Below are positions 50,203 to 57,876 of a stretch of DNA of 64,000 nt, one piece after another. Origin of the DNA: Myxococcaceae bacterium (lineage in GTDB: Bacteria > Myxococcota_A > Polyangia > Polyangiales > Ga0077539). Below the pieces are notes generated by a model, which saw nothing but the letters and a program-made list of their open reading frames with translations, did not search any database and had not been told where the DNA came from. Numbering within the stretch: the stretch's first letter is position 1; the number at the start of each line of letters is the position of its first letter. Made by a program: the position numbers and the translations under genes. The DNA lies in NCBI GenBank assembly GCA_004297725.1, contig SCUS01000095.1, positions 28,065-92,064 on the forward strand, in the 5' to 3' direction.

Positions 50203-50709
50203 CTACGGCGTGAACCGCCGGTATCGCGGGTCGAGGGTGAAGGGTCGGCCGGGCAACACCTTCACCTTCGCGAAGTCAGGGTGAAGCGGGTTCAGGAGGA
50301 TGTTGTACTCGTCGGGCACGACGACGGACGGAACCTTCAACGCGACTGAACGCACTGATCGCACCCACTCAACGCCGAGCTCAGCCAACGCCTCGGGTGC
50401 GGGGACGTCCCTCCAGTTGGCGGGCAGCGACGACCTGTCGAACGTCTCCACATCCACATCCGCAAGATCGGCGGGCGTGACGACGAGGTCGTCCGGTAGC
50501 AGCCCGGGGTCCGTATGCACCAGGAGCTCCAGAGCAGCCAGCGATCGCGTGCCGCTCGTATAGACGACCGGGACCCCTTTCTGGTTCCATCGCCCTCCGA
50601 CGATCTTCGCGCCGTAGCCCGAGTACGAGGTGCTCTCCCAGCGCTTCATACAGATCCGGAAAACTTCGGTCGAGCTCATGATGACATTTGGCTTAGCGCT
50701 CGATGCCAT
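50203..50709 (-). CDS. RES-domain toxin (NAD+-targeting RES/MbcT family)
   Basis: GAKIVGGRWNQKGVPVVYTSGTRSLAALELLVH...KVPSVVVPDEYNILLNP carries the R...E...S signature spacing. The start is ATG 50709 or 50679; the track ORF start at 50757 is probably too early. Confidence 0.75.
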   Translation of the reverse strand: MASSAKPNVIMSSTEVFRICMKRWESTSYSGYGAKIVGGRWNQKGVPVVYTSGTRSLAALELLVHTDPGLLPDDLVVTPADLADVDVETFDRSSLPANWRDVPAPEALAELGVEWVRSVRSVALKVPSVVVPDEYNILLNPLHPDFAKVKVLPGRPFTLDPRYRRFTP

Positions 50710-50862
50710 GTGGCGCAAACGCGTCGATGGTGGATTTCTTCTTGCTGGTCCCCACACTCACCCAGCCACACCCACATCACCCGCGCCCTAGGGATGGCGT
50801 GACCAAAAAGGTCGGGAACTGCTAAGACGCGAGTCGAGGAATCGCAAGGTGCCAGCGTGCAT

Positions 50863-50878
50863 ACTGATCGTGCGATCA
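50863..50878. promoter_or_regulatory. perfect inverted repeat ctgatcg-tg-cgatcag in the RES/XRE divergent intergenic region (candidate operator)
   Basis: Read directly from the sequence. It lies 54-69 nt upstream of the XRE gene's TTG start at 50932. Confidence 0.4.
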
Positions 50879-50886
50879 GATAACGC

Positions 50887-50900
50887 GTTGCCTCGGCAAC
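50887..50900. promoter_or_regulatory. inverted repeat gttgcc-tc-ggcaac; further GGCAAC/GTTGCC half-sites at 50908-50913 and 50931-50936
   Basis: Read directly. There are four copies of the hexamer within 50 nt, immediately upstream of or overlapping the XRE gene start. Confidence 0.4.
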
Positions 50901-50931
50901 AACTCCTGGCAACGCATGGAGCCTTGAGCCG

Positions 50932-51657
50932 TTGCCCGCCCTACGCTACGGACGGGCTGTGGACCTCTCTCCTCCCCTCGCACCTGTAGGTGAACGGATT
51001 GCAACCCTCCTTCAAGGTGCGGACAAGACTCCCGCGTGGCTGGCCGAAAAAACGGGACTTCAGCGCTCGACGGTGACCCGTGCCATCAATGGCAATCGTC
51101 AACCTTCGTCCGACACGCTTCAAGCCATTGCGACGGTACTCGGCCTGACCGTCCCTCAACTTGTTGCCGGAACAGATGCGGCGGGTCGGGTGAACGAGGT
51201 CGAACAACTTGTACCTCATCATCTCTACGACAACGCAGTTCACCAAATTATCGCCTACGAGTCCAAGGCGAACGAGTATCTCACCCGTATCCGCAACCTC
51301 GAAGAGACTCTTGAGCAAGAACGCGCTCGTCGACGCGTGGCACGTGGGGAGGCGGAGAAGAGTGAGCGAGAGGCTGACCAGGCACGCCTTGTTCGAGACG
51401 ACGCGCTGCGCAAGGCAAGACACTTTGAGCAGGACGCCATTCGTTACCGCAACGGCCTCGAAAAGGCCGTTAAGGACGTTGAACGTCTCAATCAGCAATT
51501 GAGAGAGCTCGGTGCGGCGGTCGAGGCGACCCGCCGGACAGGTCAGGTCGGGACAATCCTCGCGGGGGTTGCCGCTGCGGTCTCCATCGCGACCTATCTC
51601 GGAAACGAACCTCTGAACAACCATGCCGATGAAGTTGGCAAAGAGACTGACGGCTGA
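50932..51657 (+). CDS. XRE-family HTH protein with long coiled coil and C-terminal TM anchor
   Basis: The Cro/C1-type HTH reads GERIATLLQGADKTPAWLAEKTGLQRSTVTRAINGNRQPSSDTLQAIATVLGLTVPQL. The coiled coil reads LEETLEQERARRRVARGEAEKSEREADQARL... The TM segment is VGTILAGVAAAVSIATYL. The start is uncertain (TTG 50932 or GTG ~50956). Confidence 0.7.
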   Translation: MPALRYGRAVDLSPPLAPVGERIATLLQGADKTPAWLAEKTGLQRSTVTRAINGNRQPSSDTLQAIATVLGLTVPQLVAGTDAAGRVNEVEQLVPHHLYDNAVHQIIAYESKANEYLTRIRNLEETLEQERARRRVARGEAEKSEREADQARLVRDDALRKARHFEQDAIRYRNGLEKAVKDVERLNQQLRELGAAVEATRRTGQVGTILAGVAAAVSIATYLGNEPLNNHADEVGKETDG

Positions 51658-51707
51658 GAGATGTCCTCGACATTGTCAGTCTGTTATCGAGCAAAGGAGA
51701 CGAACAG

Positions 51708-52025
51708 ATGCCTCGCTATTCAGACCCTGTACATCCGGAAGTAGCCGCTCGCCTGTTTGGTCGCCGGCCGGGCAACTACATTGCCCACTTCGACGACGGC
51801 ACCGTATACAACGGTCGCCAGTCTGAGACGACCAACCGCATCCGGGCGGTCATGAACCGGCACCCGGGAGAAGTCGTTGCCGTTCAGTTCATGAACGACC
51901 ACAGCGACGACGAATGTCTCCGTGCCGCCCGAGAAGACCAGACGACCGAGGCCCTCCTTGACGACGGCTACGAGGTCAGGAACAAGATTCGGCCGTCCTG
52001 GCCCGGAAAGTGCGCCATCAAGTAG
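51708..52025 (+). CDS. small hypothetical protein, possible minimal GIY-YIG-like fold
   Basis: Strong RBS (aaaggaga, 7 nt before the ATG). NYIAHFDDGTVYNGRQSETTNRIRAVMNRH loosely fits GIY-x9-YxG...R...H. The family call is weak. Confidence 0.45.
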   Translation: MPRYSDPVHPEVAARLFGRRPGNYIAHFDDGTVYNGRQSETTNRIRAVMNRHPGEVVAVQFMNDHSDDECLRAAREDQTTEALLDDGYEVRNKIRPSWPGKCAIK

Positions 52026-52093
52026 AGCCCCAAAGGCCGTGGCTCTAGCGTCGTCTCCTGTCGCGCAGGGAAGACACCGGAAAGAATGCCTAC

Positions 52094-52954
52094 ATGATCT
52101 CACCTCAACGCATCGCTCGACAGTCCGGAAGGATCGTCGCCGGGCTCCTAGCAGGAGTCATCTCGTCGTGGAGTTACATCGAACCGCTGAGCGCGATGGT
52201 GCAATTGCCTGCCGGCTTCATTCGCTGGACGATTCCTGCGCTAGCGATCGCGTATGCCATTTGGCGAATGAGACCGCGGACCCATCTCGAACTTCGAGGA
52301 CCAAACAATCTCCGCGTGCATCTAAGCTTTGGCGACGTGTTTACACAAAAGAATACTGACACTGGCCTTGCGATTCCGACCGATGATTTCTTCCTCACAA
52401 AGAACAAGAAGTTCGTTACCCCAGGCATGTTGATATCACAACTCAAGCAAAAACGCTTCAACAACTCCGACGATTTCGACACAAAGGTTCTTGAGGCCAC
52501 GGAGCCGCTACGGGACCACTTCGATTTTGAGGCAAGAGATTTCCCAAAAGAACTTGAAGGAAGGACGCGTCAATGGCCACTGGGGTCCACCGCTGTCCTG
52601 CAAGTCGACGGAACCTATTACTTCTTCACCGCATCCTGCAAGATTGATCTTCAATCCAGTCCACCCTCAGGACGCGCCACACCTCCCGAGCTGTTTAAAG
52701 CACTTCTGGGGCTGTGGCAGGCGATCACCAAACATCCTAGCGGAAAGCCTGTCGTCGTCCCTCTGTTTGGCGCCGGTCAAACTGGTACCGGCCTACGTCC
52801 CACCGAAGCTCTCCATATCATGCTAGTCTCACTTGTCTGTGCTGCTCGAGCGACGCCGATCTCGGACGAGATTCGCATCGTCATCCACGATAGTCATCAG
52901 AAGCACATCGACCTCGACGACGACGTTCTGAAGGGGATCATGCATGCTGAATAG
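52094..52954 (+). CDS. 2-TM + macro-like domain protein (resembles the TM-Macro form of Thoeris ThsA / DUF6430)
   Basis: Two N-terminal hydrophobic helices are present (RIVAGLLAGVISSWSYI, IRWTIPALAIAYAIW). The segment GLAIPTDDFFLTKNKKFVTPGMLISQL resembles the NDCFD-type motif. GKPVVVPLFGAGQTGTGLRPTEALHIMLVSL resembles the macro-domain P-loop-like glycine-rich motif. The call is from memory and unverified. Confidence 0.55.
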   Translation: MISPQRIARQSGRIVAGLLAGVISSWSYIEPLSAMVQLPAGFIRWTIPALAIAYAIWRMRPRTHLELRGPNNLRVHLSFGDVFTQKNTDTGLAIPTDDFFLTKNKKFVTPGMLISQLKQKRFNNSDDFDTKVLEATEPLRDHFDFEARDFPKELEGRTRQWPLGSTAVLQVDGTYYFFTASCKIDLQSSPPSGRATPPELFKALLGLWQAITKHPSGKPVVVPLFGAGQTGTGLRPTEALHIMLVSLVCAARATPISDEIRIVIHDSHQKHIDLDDDVLKGIMHAE

Positions 52955-53083
52955 CCCGACTTCGACGGCCTAGGCACGGCGGCTGGATCCCCAGGGGTTC
53001 GTGAGGGCCCTGGGCACACCGCCACCGTGCCGTTCGTCGGGCCTTTCGATCCGTGCGCCCAGGACTGTCAACCTCGGGAATAG

Positions 53084-53566
53084 CGTGAACGGGATCGTTA
53101 TCACTACGAAGCGCCGCCAAAGGCCAGCGGAGAACATCGTCGGCGGGCTTCGCCCGCCGACAACGCGCTCATCCGGGCTCTCGCGGGGGTCGACGGTGAT
53201 GCCGCCATCGCAACCGCCCTCAACCAGCTCGGCGAGCGCACCGGACACGGGCAATCGTGGACCCGCGGCCGGGTCGTGGCCTACCGCCGAACGATCGGTC
53301 TCCCTGCGTACGAACCAGCGCGGCGCGACGGCACCGCCGTGACGGCGCGCGACGCGGCCGCAGCGCTCGGCGTCACGAGTCAGGTCGTGCGCGGCCTGAT
53401 CAGCCGCGTCATCCTGCCAGCCCATCAGGTGACGCCCGACGCGCCATGGCAGATCCGCGTGCAGGGCCTCTCCGCAGACAGCGTCCGCGAGGCGATTCGC
53501 ACGCGCCGCAGGAGCCCTCGTGCCTCCGCCGCGAGGACACCTGCGGCGCCCCGTCCCCGACAATAA
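53084..53566 (+). pseudogene. high-GC fragment with recombinase/transposase-accessory-like tail and HTH (excisionase-like) segment
   Basis: Manual extension of the 53276 frame back to the stop at 53081 gives ...ALIRALAGVDGDAAIATALNQLGERTGHGQSWTRGRVVAYRRTIGLPAY...TARDAAAALGVTSQVVRGLI. There is no plausible start or N-terminal catalytic domain. Confidence 0.3.
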
Positions 53567-53575
53567 CGTCAAGGA

Positions 53576-53893
53576 GTGGAGTACAATGGAACCGATGTCG
53601 CCGCTGCCCGCAAGTCGTGGCTCTTCTTCGGCAGCGACGACCACGCCCAGGCCGCGGCCAACCTCTTCTCGTTGGTGGCCTCCTGCAAGCTCCACGGGCT
53701 CGACCCCGAGAGCTACCTCGCCGAGGTCATCCGGGTGATGCCGTACTGGCCCCGCCAGCGGTACCTCGAGCTCGCCCCCAGGTACTGGGCCGAGACCCGT
53801 GGGCGCCTCGACTCCGGCGAGCTCGCGCGGCCCCTCGGGCACGTGACCGTCCCCGCGCCGCGCACGACGGAAGAGCAGACCGCGACGGACTGA
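53576..53893 (+). pseudogene. IS66-family transposase C-terminal fragment
   Basis: RKSWLFFGSDDHAQAAANLFSLVASCKLHGLDPESYLAEVIRVM matches the conserved IS66 Tnp C-terminal block (RKNWLF.GS...A...SL..T.KLNG.DP..YL). A TAA lies immediately upstream, so the DDE domain is missing. Confidence 0.65.
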
Positions 53894-54179
53894 CGGCTGG
53901 GGGTCCATGCGTCCGCGCATCGGGGTGACTCGGCGTCGTCCCGCCGAGAACGCGGGCTCGTGCAGCGCTTACAAAGGCCCAGGCGACGAGGGGCGAGAGG
54001 GCGACGAGGACGAGGGTGGTGGCGGTCACGCGGCGAAGCTGCCGACGCCGGCGCGGTCGCCCTCGGGCGCCGACGCCGAGAGCATCGGGTGCGACGGCAG
54101 CGGAGTGCTCAACTTCGTCGAGAGGAAGTGGGGGCGCCGACTACTGGGTTGTCACGCGCTCGCACGAAGGCGTTCGGAA

Positions 54180-54974
54180 TCAAGACACTTCGATCGTCAG
54201 CCCAACCGCGGAGTGGTCACTCAACTCCAGCCGACGGGGACTATGATCAATGTGACACGACGTCACCTGGGTTCTCAGCGAATCACTGACCATGCAATGG
54301 TCAAGCCTCAACCTGTGCCCATCCGGTCCGACCCAACTCACGTCTGCTCCCTGTGGATTCATCAAGCGATATGCATCACAATAACCAAGAGCGAGAAGAC
54401 CACGGTACAGCCCGGCATCCTCAAGTCCAGGAACAACAATGCCCAATCCAGGCTCTATAATATTGAGATCACCGCAAACAATACATTCAGGATCGGAACT
54501 GCTTACGAGATGCACGAGATCCTGCTGAAACTTCCGTCGGTATGCAAGTCTCTCGGGAGGAGTGTTATACCAACCAGTGGGGGCATAGACGCCCAAGATC
54601 GATACATTGCGCCCTCCTACATTCAACTTGCAACCCTGCAGTCGAGACGAATGAAACTCCTCTGTCTGCTCTAGCCGTTGTGGACTACGACCTCGGACGC
54701 AGAGCGCTGTCGTGAACTTGCCTCCTCGCGGGATGGCGGACAGAACATCGTAGCCAGCCCTTTCAAGCTGTTCGACAAGAAACCTACTCCCCTCGCCATG
54801 GGTGAGTTCCGTCAGCACGAGAACATCCACGCGCTGACTCTCCAGCCAGCGAAGCTGTTCAGCAGCTCGCACACGAGTTGGAGACTGCATATTCCACGCG
54901 AGAATATGCAGACGCTTCGCGCGCGCATCTTCGGCGACAGGCTTTGTACCGAAAAGTGATAGTTGTCGTTGCAT
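54180..54974 (-). CDS. endonuclease/exonuclease/phosphatase (EEP, ExoIII/DNase I-like) family protein
   Basis: Ordered EEP motifs are present: HILAWNMQS, VDVLVLTEL, VSILGVYAP, IVCGDLNI, DAYRLMNP, RLDHCMVS and LSDHSAVGL. An AGGA sits 8 nt before the ATG. The gene is low-GC. Confidence 0.8.
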   Translation of the reverse strand: MQRQLSLFGTKPVAEDARAKRLHILAWNMQSPTRVRAAEQLRWLESQRVDVLVLTELTHGEGSRFLVEQLERAGYDVLSAIPRGGKFTTALCVRGRSPQRLEQTEEFHSSRLQGCKLNVGGRNVSILGVYAPTGWYNTPPERLAYRRKFQQDLVHLVSSSDPECIVCGDLNIIEPGLGIVVPGLEDAGLYRGLLALGYCDAYRLMNPQGADVSWVGPDGHRLRLDHCMVSDSLRTQVTSCHIDHSPRRLELSDHSAVGLTIEVS

Positions 54975-54986
54975 GAGGTATCCTAC

Positions 54987-56024
54987 TTACCTTGCCTGTT
55001 GCAGATGCGCCAGCACTGCAGTGAAAACCCTCGCATACAGAGCCATCCGTCTCGCTATTACGTCCGCGATTCTCTCATTCGAAAGGTCATAACGATAGCG
55101 TCGCGTCGCCGCGCTGTCGGAGACGATGTGGAGATACGAAAAGCCAACGCGAGATTGCTGAGCAGCATCTGCCATGGGGCCAATCTCGGGGTCAACGAAA
55201 CGGGCAACCCTGCCTGCTTCGGCTACCCAGAGGCTACTCTCTTCAAGCACGGAACGAACCGTCTTGTGCGCGCCAAATATCGTACCAGATGCAATAAGAT
55301 CCGAAAAAACGTTGTCCCAAATTACGACGCGCCCATCGGACAGAAAACTACGATCTCCAGATGCGAGGGCGGCGTTCGGAACGTCATCACTCGCTAAAGA
55401 GCCGAGCTTTCCGACATATATTACTTCGACCGCGTTCTTCTCTGCAAGCAGCCTCACAAGTCTTCCAGCTATGTCACCCCATAGGGTGTGCTGGCAGCCA
55501 AGCAATATCTGATCGCCTGTCTCATTCAGAGGTCGCCAAAGAAACTCGCCTGTGGTTCGCCATCCAGATTGCAACCCCATACCAGGGAACATATCAACCT
55601 TGCCCACGACAAAATGTCGACCTACAGGAAACTCACTTCCCATAGATGCTCGGAGTGCGTCGATACAGTTGGTCTCGTCAGGCCACTCGACCAGCACCGG
55701 CACCGGCTTTCCAGTCATGGCGTAGTACGTTGAGAGAACAGACGCGAAGTGAAACAGGTAATCAAACCCAGGAAAACAGTTCACTATCGCAGTATTGTCG
55801 GTCCACGTCAGCGTTGGACGCTTTGAGTTAAAAAGCTTGCCTCGTTTCTCGTTTGCGGACAGACCGATGCTCCTGTCGTAGCTTCCTCGAACCACGATCT
55901 GTCCGGGCCTCTTTCGGCCTTCCGCTAGATCGGAGTGGAGCTTGAGCTCAAGATACCCCAGGAGGGATCTCCCCATGGAGTGCAACTCCGGCGACGTAGT
56001 GATAGGCAAGGGGTATCTCGTCAT
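54987..56024 (-). CDS. PNP/UDP-phosphorylase-fold (nucleosidase-like) protein with unknown N-terminal ~150 aa
   Basis: ILLGCQHTLWGDIAGRLVRLLAEKNAVEVIYVGKLGSL...SGDRSFL resembles the G-x-G...AA...I..G.aGgL...GD core. FVDPEIGPMADAAQQSRVGFSYLHIVSD resembles the vdMEsaA.a.va......l.iRgISD C-terminal motif of MTAN/PNP enzymes. The start overlaps the upstream stop as ATGA (56021-56024). Confidence 0.55.
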   Translation of the reverse strand: MTRYPLPITTSPELHSMGRSLLGYLELKLHSDLAEGRKRPGQIVVRGSYDRSIGLSANEKRGKLFNSKRPTLTWTDNTAIVNCFPGFDYLFHFASVLSTYYAMTGKPVPVLVEWPDETNCIDALRASMGSEFPVGRHFVVGKVDMFPGMGLQSGWRTTGEFLWRPLNETGDQILLGCQHTLWGDIAGRLVRLLAEKNAVEVIYVGKLGSLASDDVPNAALASGDRSFLSDGRVVIWDNVFSDLIASGTIFGAHKTVRSVLEESSLWVAEAGRVARFVDPEIGPMADAAQQSRVGFSYLHIVSDSAATRRYRYDLSNERIADVIARRMALYARVFTAVLAHLQQAR

Positions 56025-57097
56025 GGGTTAGGACGCTTGGGAAAGAATAGCCGATTCTCGCGCCGTGCCCGCATCTCAAGTTCTTCTAGCTCGCTCACGG
56101 CGTAGTCGAAGACAATATCACCTGATCGACAGGCGAGCGTGGGAACAGCGGCTCGCTTGCGAAGGTGACTGTAAAACGCCACAAGCCCTCTTTGGTCGAA
56201 CCGGAAAAAGGAAAAATATGGAAGATCGTCCATTCCGATGACCTCGATCGAGCAACTGCTGTAGCTGTTTGCTAAGCTTGCGAAGTCATTGATCGCTTCT
56301 GTAATCCGTGCTACGGCCTTGCTCTCCGTGAGGCCCTGCCAAGTGGCCATTCTGCGTCGGACTACTTTTTCAGCCGGATCGGGAAGGAGCACCTTGATCG
56401 ATGTGCCACCTCGCTCGCAGAAGTCGCGAATGCGAACGAAGTGATGTGATCGCCAGGTGGGTGATCCTATAAACATCATCTGCAAGGTCGATGCCGAGGA
56501 AAAGTAGTCATCCCAATCAATATCACCGCTTTGGAATGAACGATGTGCCAAAGCTGCGAATGGATCATGTACTATCGAGGCACGGAGCCAGCCCTCGCGC
56601 GGGCTTACTTTGAGAGCGTGCACAACACTAGCAGACACCTTGCCGCCAAGATCTCCTGCATCCTTCCAATGCTTACACATCTTGTCTGAGAGAACTTTCT
56701 TGCGGAACAGGTCCAGACGCCTTCTGCCCTCGTCGGTTTTCTCGGAGTGGCGGCTCGGGATTGATTCGGGGTCTGAGTGCACGAATGACAGCACTGGAAT
56801 ACCCTTTGACCGGGCATAGTCGTATTCCATTTCAGTATAGCCCACTCCACTTGCGTCTGTACTGCCGTAGCGACCAGCAAGAACGAGCACATAATAGTCG
56901 GAGTCATCAATAACACGTCGAATGAGTTCCCACTGACTCTCATTCGACGCGGGGAACAACTCCATTCCCGCTGGAAAGCAGCCTAACTCAAGCAGCGCAT
57001 GCATTACCTGCTGACGTGCCACCTCGAGGTCGGCAAACGTCGAGCTAACAAACACTTGATACCGCTTTTCGAGCATCGTCTTTTCTATACGCGACAT
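56021..57097 (-). CDS. DUF4062 (TIR-like) N-terminal domain protein with C-terminal domain resembling the DUF5919-type module of some XRE regulators
   Basis: YQVFVSSTFADLEVARQQVMHALLELGCFPAGMELFPASNESQWELIRRVIDDSDYYVLVLAGRYGS...GYTEMEYDYARSKGIPVLSF is the DUF4062 pattern as I recall it. The C-terminus shows IKVLLPDPAEKVV...IEVIGMDDLPYFSFFRFDQRGLVAFYSH. Confidence 0.65.
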   Translation of the reverse strand: MSRIEKTMLEKRYQVFVSSTFADLEVARQQVMHALLELGCFPAGMELFPASNESQWELIRRVIDDSDYYVLVLAGRYGSTDASGVGYTEMEYDYARSKGIPVLSFVHSDPESIPSRHSEKTDEGRRRLDLFRKKVLSDKMCKHWKDAGDLGGKVSASVVHALKVSPREGWLRASIVHDPFAALAHRSFQSGDIDWDDYFSSASTLQMMFIGSPTWRSHHFVRIRDFCERGGTSIKVLLPDPAEKVVRRRMATWQGLTESKAVARITEAINDFASLANSYSSCSIEVIGMDDLPYFSFFRFDQRGLVAFYSHLRKRAAVPTLACRSGDIVFDYAVSELEELEMRARRENRLFFPKRPNP

Positions 57098-57483
57098 GAG
57101 TTGCCCTCAAGTGTGTTCGTTATCGAAAGAAACCTGTCAGGAAGTTTGCGAACGAGACCGCTAGCCTGACTAGTGCTGACCGAGTCATGTGACCGATCGG
57201 AATGGAGCGTAAGTGCAGCTAGACCGTCCAGATATCACGAAATTTCCAGGTTGAGAGGCTTGCTTCCGGCACTCAACAACGTGTGTGGACTCTAGGGTCG
57301 CTGATCTCACCTTCCTTGTCCACTTTGGCGTTACGACATGTGCCTTGGCTGTGATATCGCGCCTGATCGCACTAGAACGGCACGCCCGATGCATGATGCA
57401 GTACGGTGTTCCCCAAGGGCAGTGGACACAGGCGGCGATGGGAATCGCTCGCCTGGGAGCTCGGGTAGAACGAGACCAGAGAC

Positions 57484-57876
57484 ATGAGTCGAACGACGAA
57501 CGAGACGCCCCCGCCGGGGCTACCGACGACCGCCGAGAGTGAGGACGTGCGCACGCGCCCCGGCCGCCGCTCGGTCGAGGACCGCCAGGCCGCAGTGCTC
57601 GAGCTGTTCGCGGGCAAGGCCACGATCGACCAGCTCGCCCGCCGCTTCGGGGTCCACCCGGAGACCATCGAGCAATGGCGCACCGAGGCCCTGGCCGGCA
57701 TCCACGAGGCCTTCGCCAGGGGCTCCAAGTCGCCCAAGGAGCGCGAGCTGGAGCGCGAGAACCGCCAGCTCCGCGACGCGGTCACCGAGGGCTCCATCCG
57801 CGAGGCCGTGCTCAAGCGGGAGCTGGAGGCCGCTCGCGGCGCGCGCCCTACACGGCCCGCGAAGTCGCGGCGGTGA
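57484..57876 (+). CDS. IS3-family transposase OrfA (HTH_Tnp_1)
   Basis: RRSVEDRQAAVLELFAGKATIDQLARRFGVHPETIEQWR, followed by a leucine-zipper-like ERENRQLRDAVTEGSIREAVLKRELE. Confidence 0.8.
   Translation: MSRTTNETPPPGLPTTAESEDVRTRPGRRSVEDRQAAVLELFAGKATIDQLARRFGVHPETIEQWRTEALAGIHEAFARGSKSPKERELERENRQLRDAVTEGSIREAVLKRELEAARGARPTRPAKSRR

Noticed and set aside
50676-50912. 78-aa minus-strand ORF upstream of the RES gene as the missing antitoxin
   Set aside because: It overlaps the RES start region and has an implausible composition (MPGVVAEATRYLIARSVCTLAPCDSS...). It has no HTH or DUF2384-like features and runs through the palindromic promoter region.
52970-53920. 316-aa minus-strand ORF, plus the 57372..58832 minus ORF of 486 aa
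   Set aside because: They are antisense to the recognisable IS66 and recombinase fragments and to the IS3 transposase respectively. Both have an Arg-rich junk composition.
53727-54029. 100-aa minus-strand ORF beginning MTATTLVLVALSPLVAWAFV (signal/TM-like)
   Set aside because: After about 30 aa it becomes Arg/Ala junk running antisense into the IS66 fragment. At best it is the 5' stub of a gene destroyed by the IS insertion.
52094-57097. Calling the locus a canonical type II Thoeris system (TM-Macro ThsA plus TIR ThsB)
   Set aside because: No bona fide TIR ThsB gene is adjacent to the macro-like gene. The DUF4062 protein is only TIR-like, lies 3 kb away on the opposite strand and sits in its own three-gene operon. 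I report the parts separately instead.
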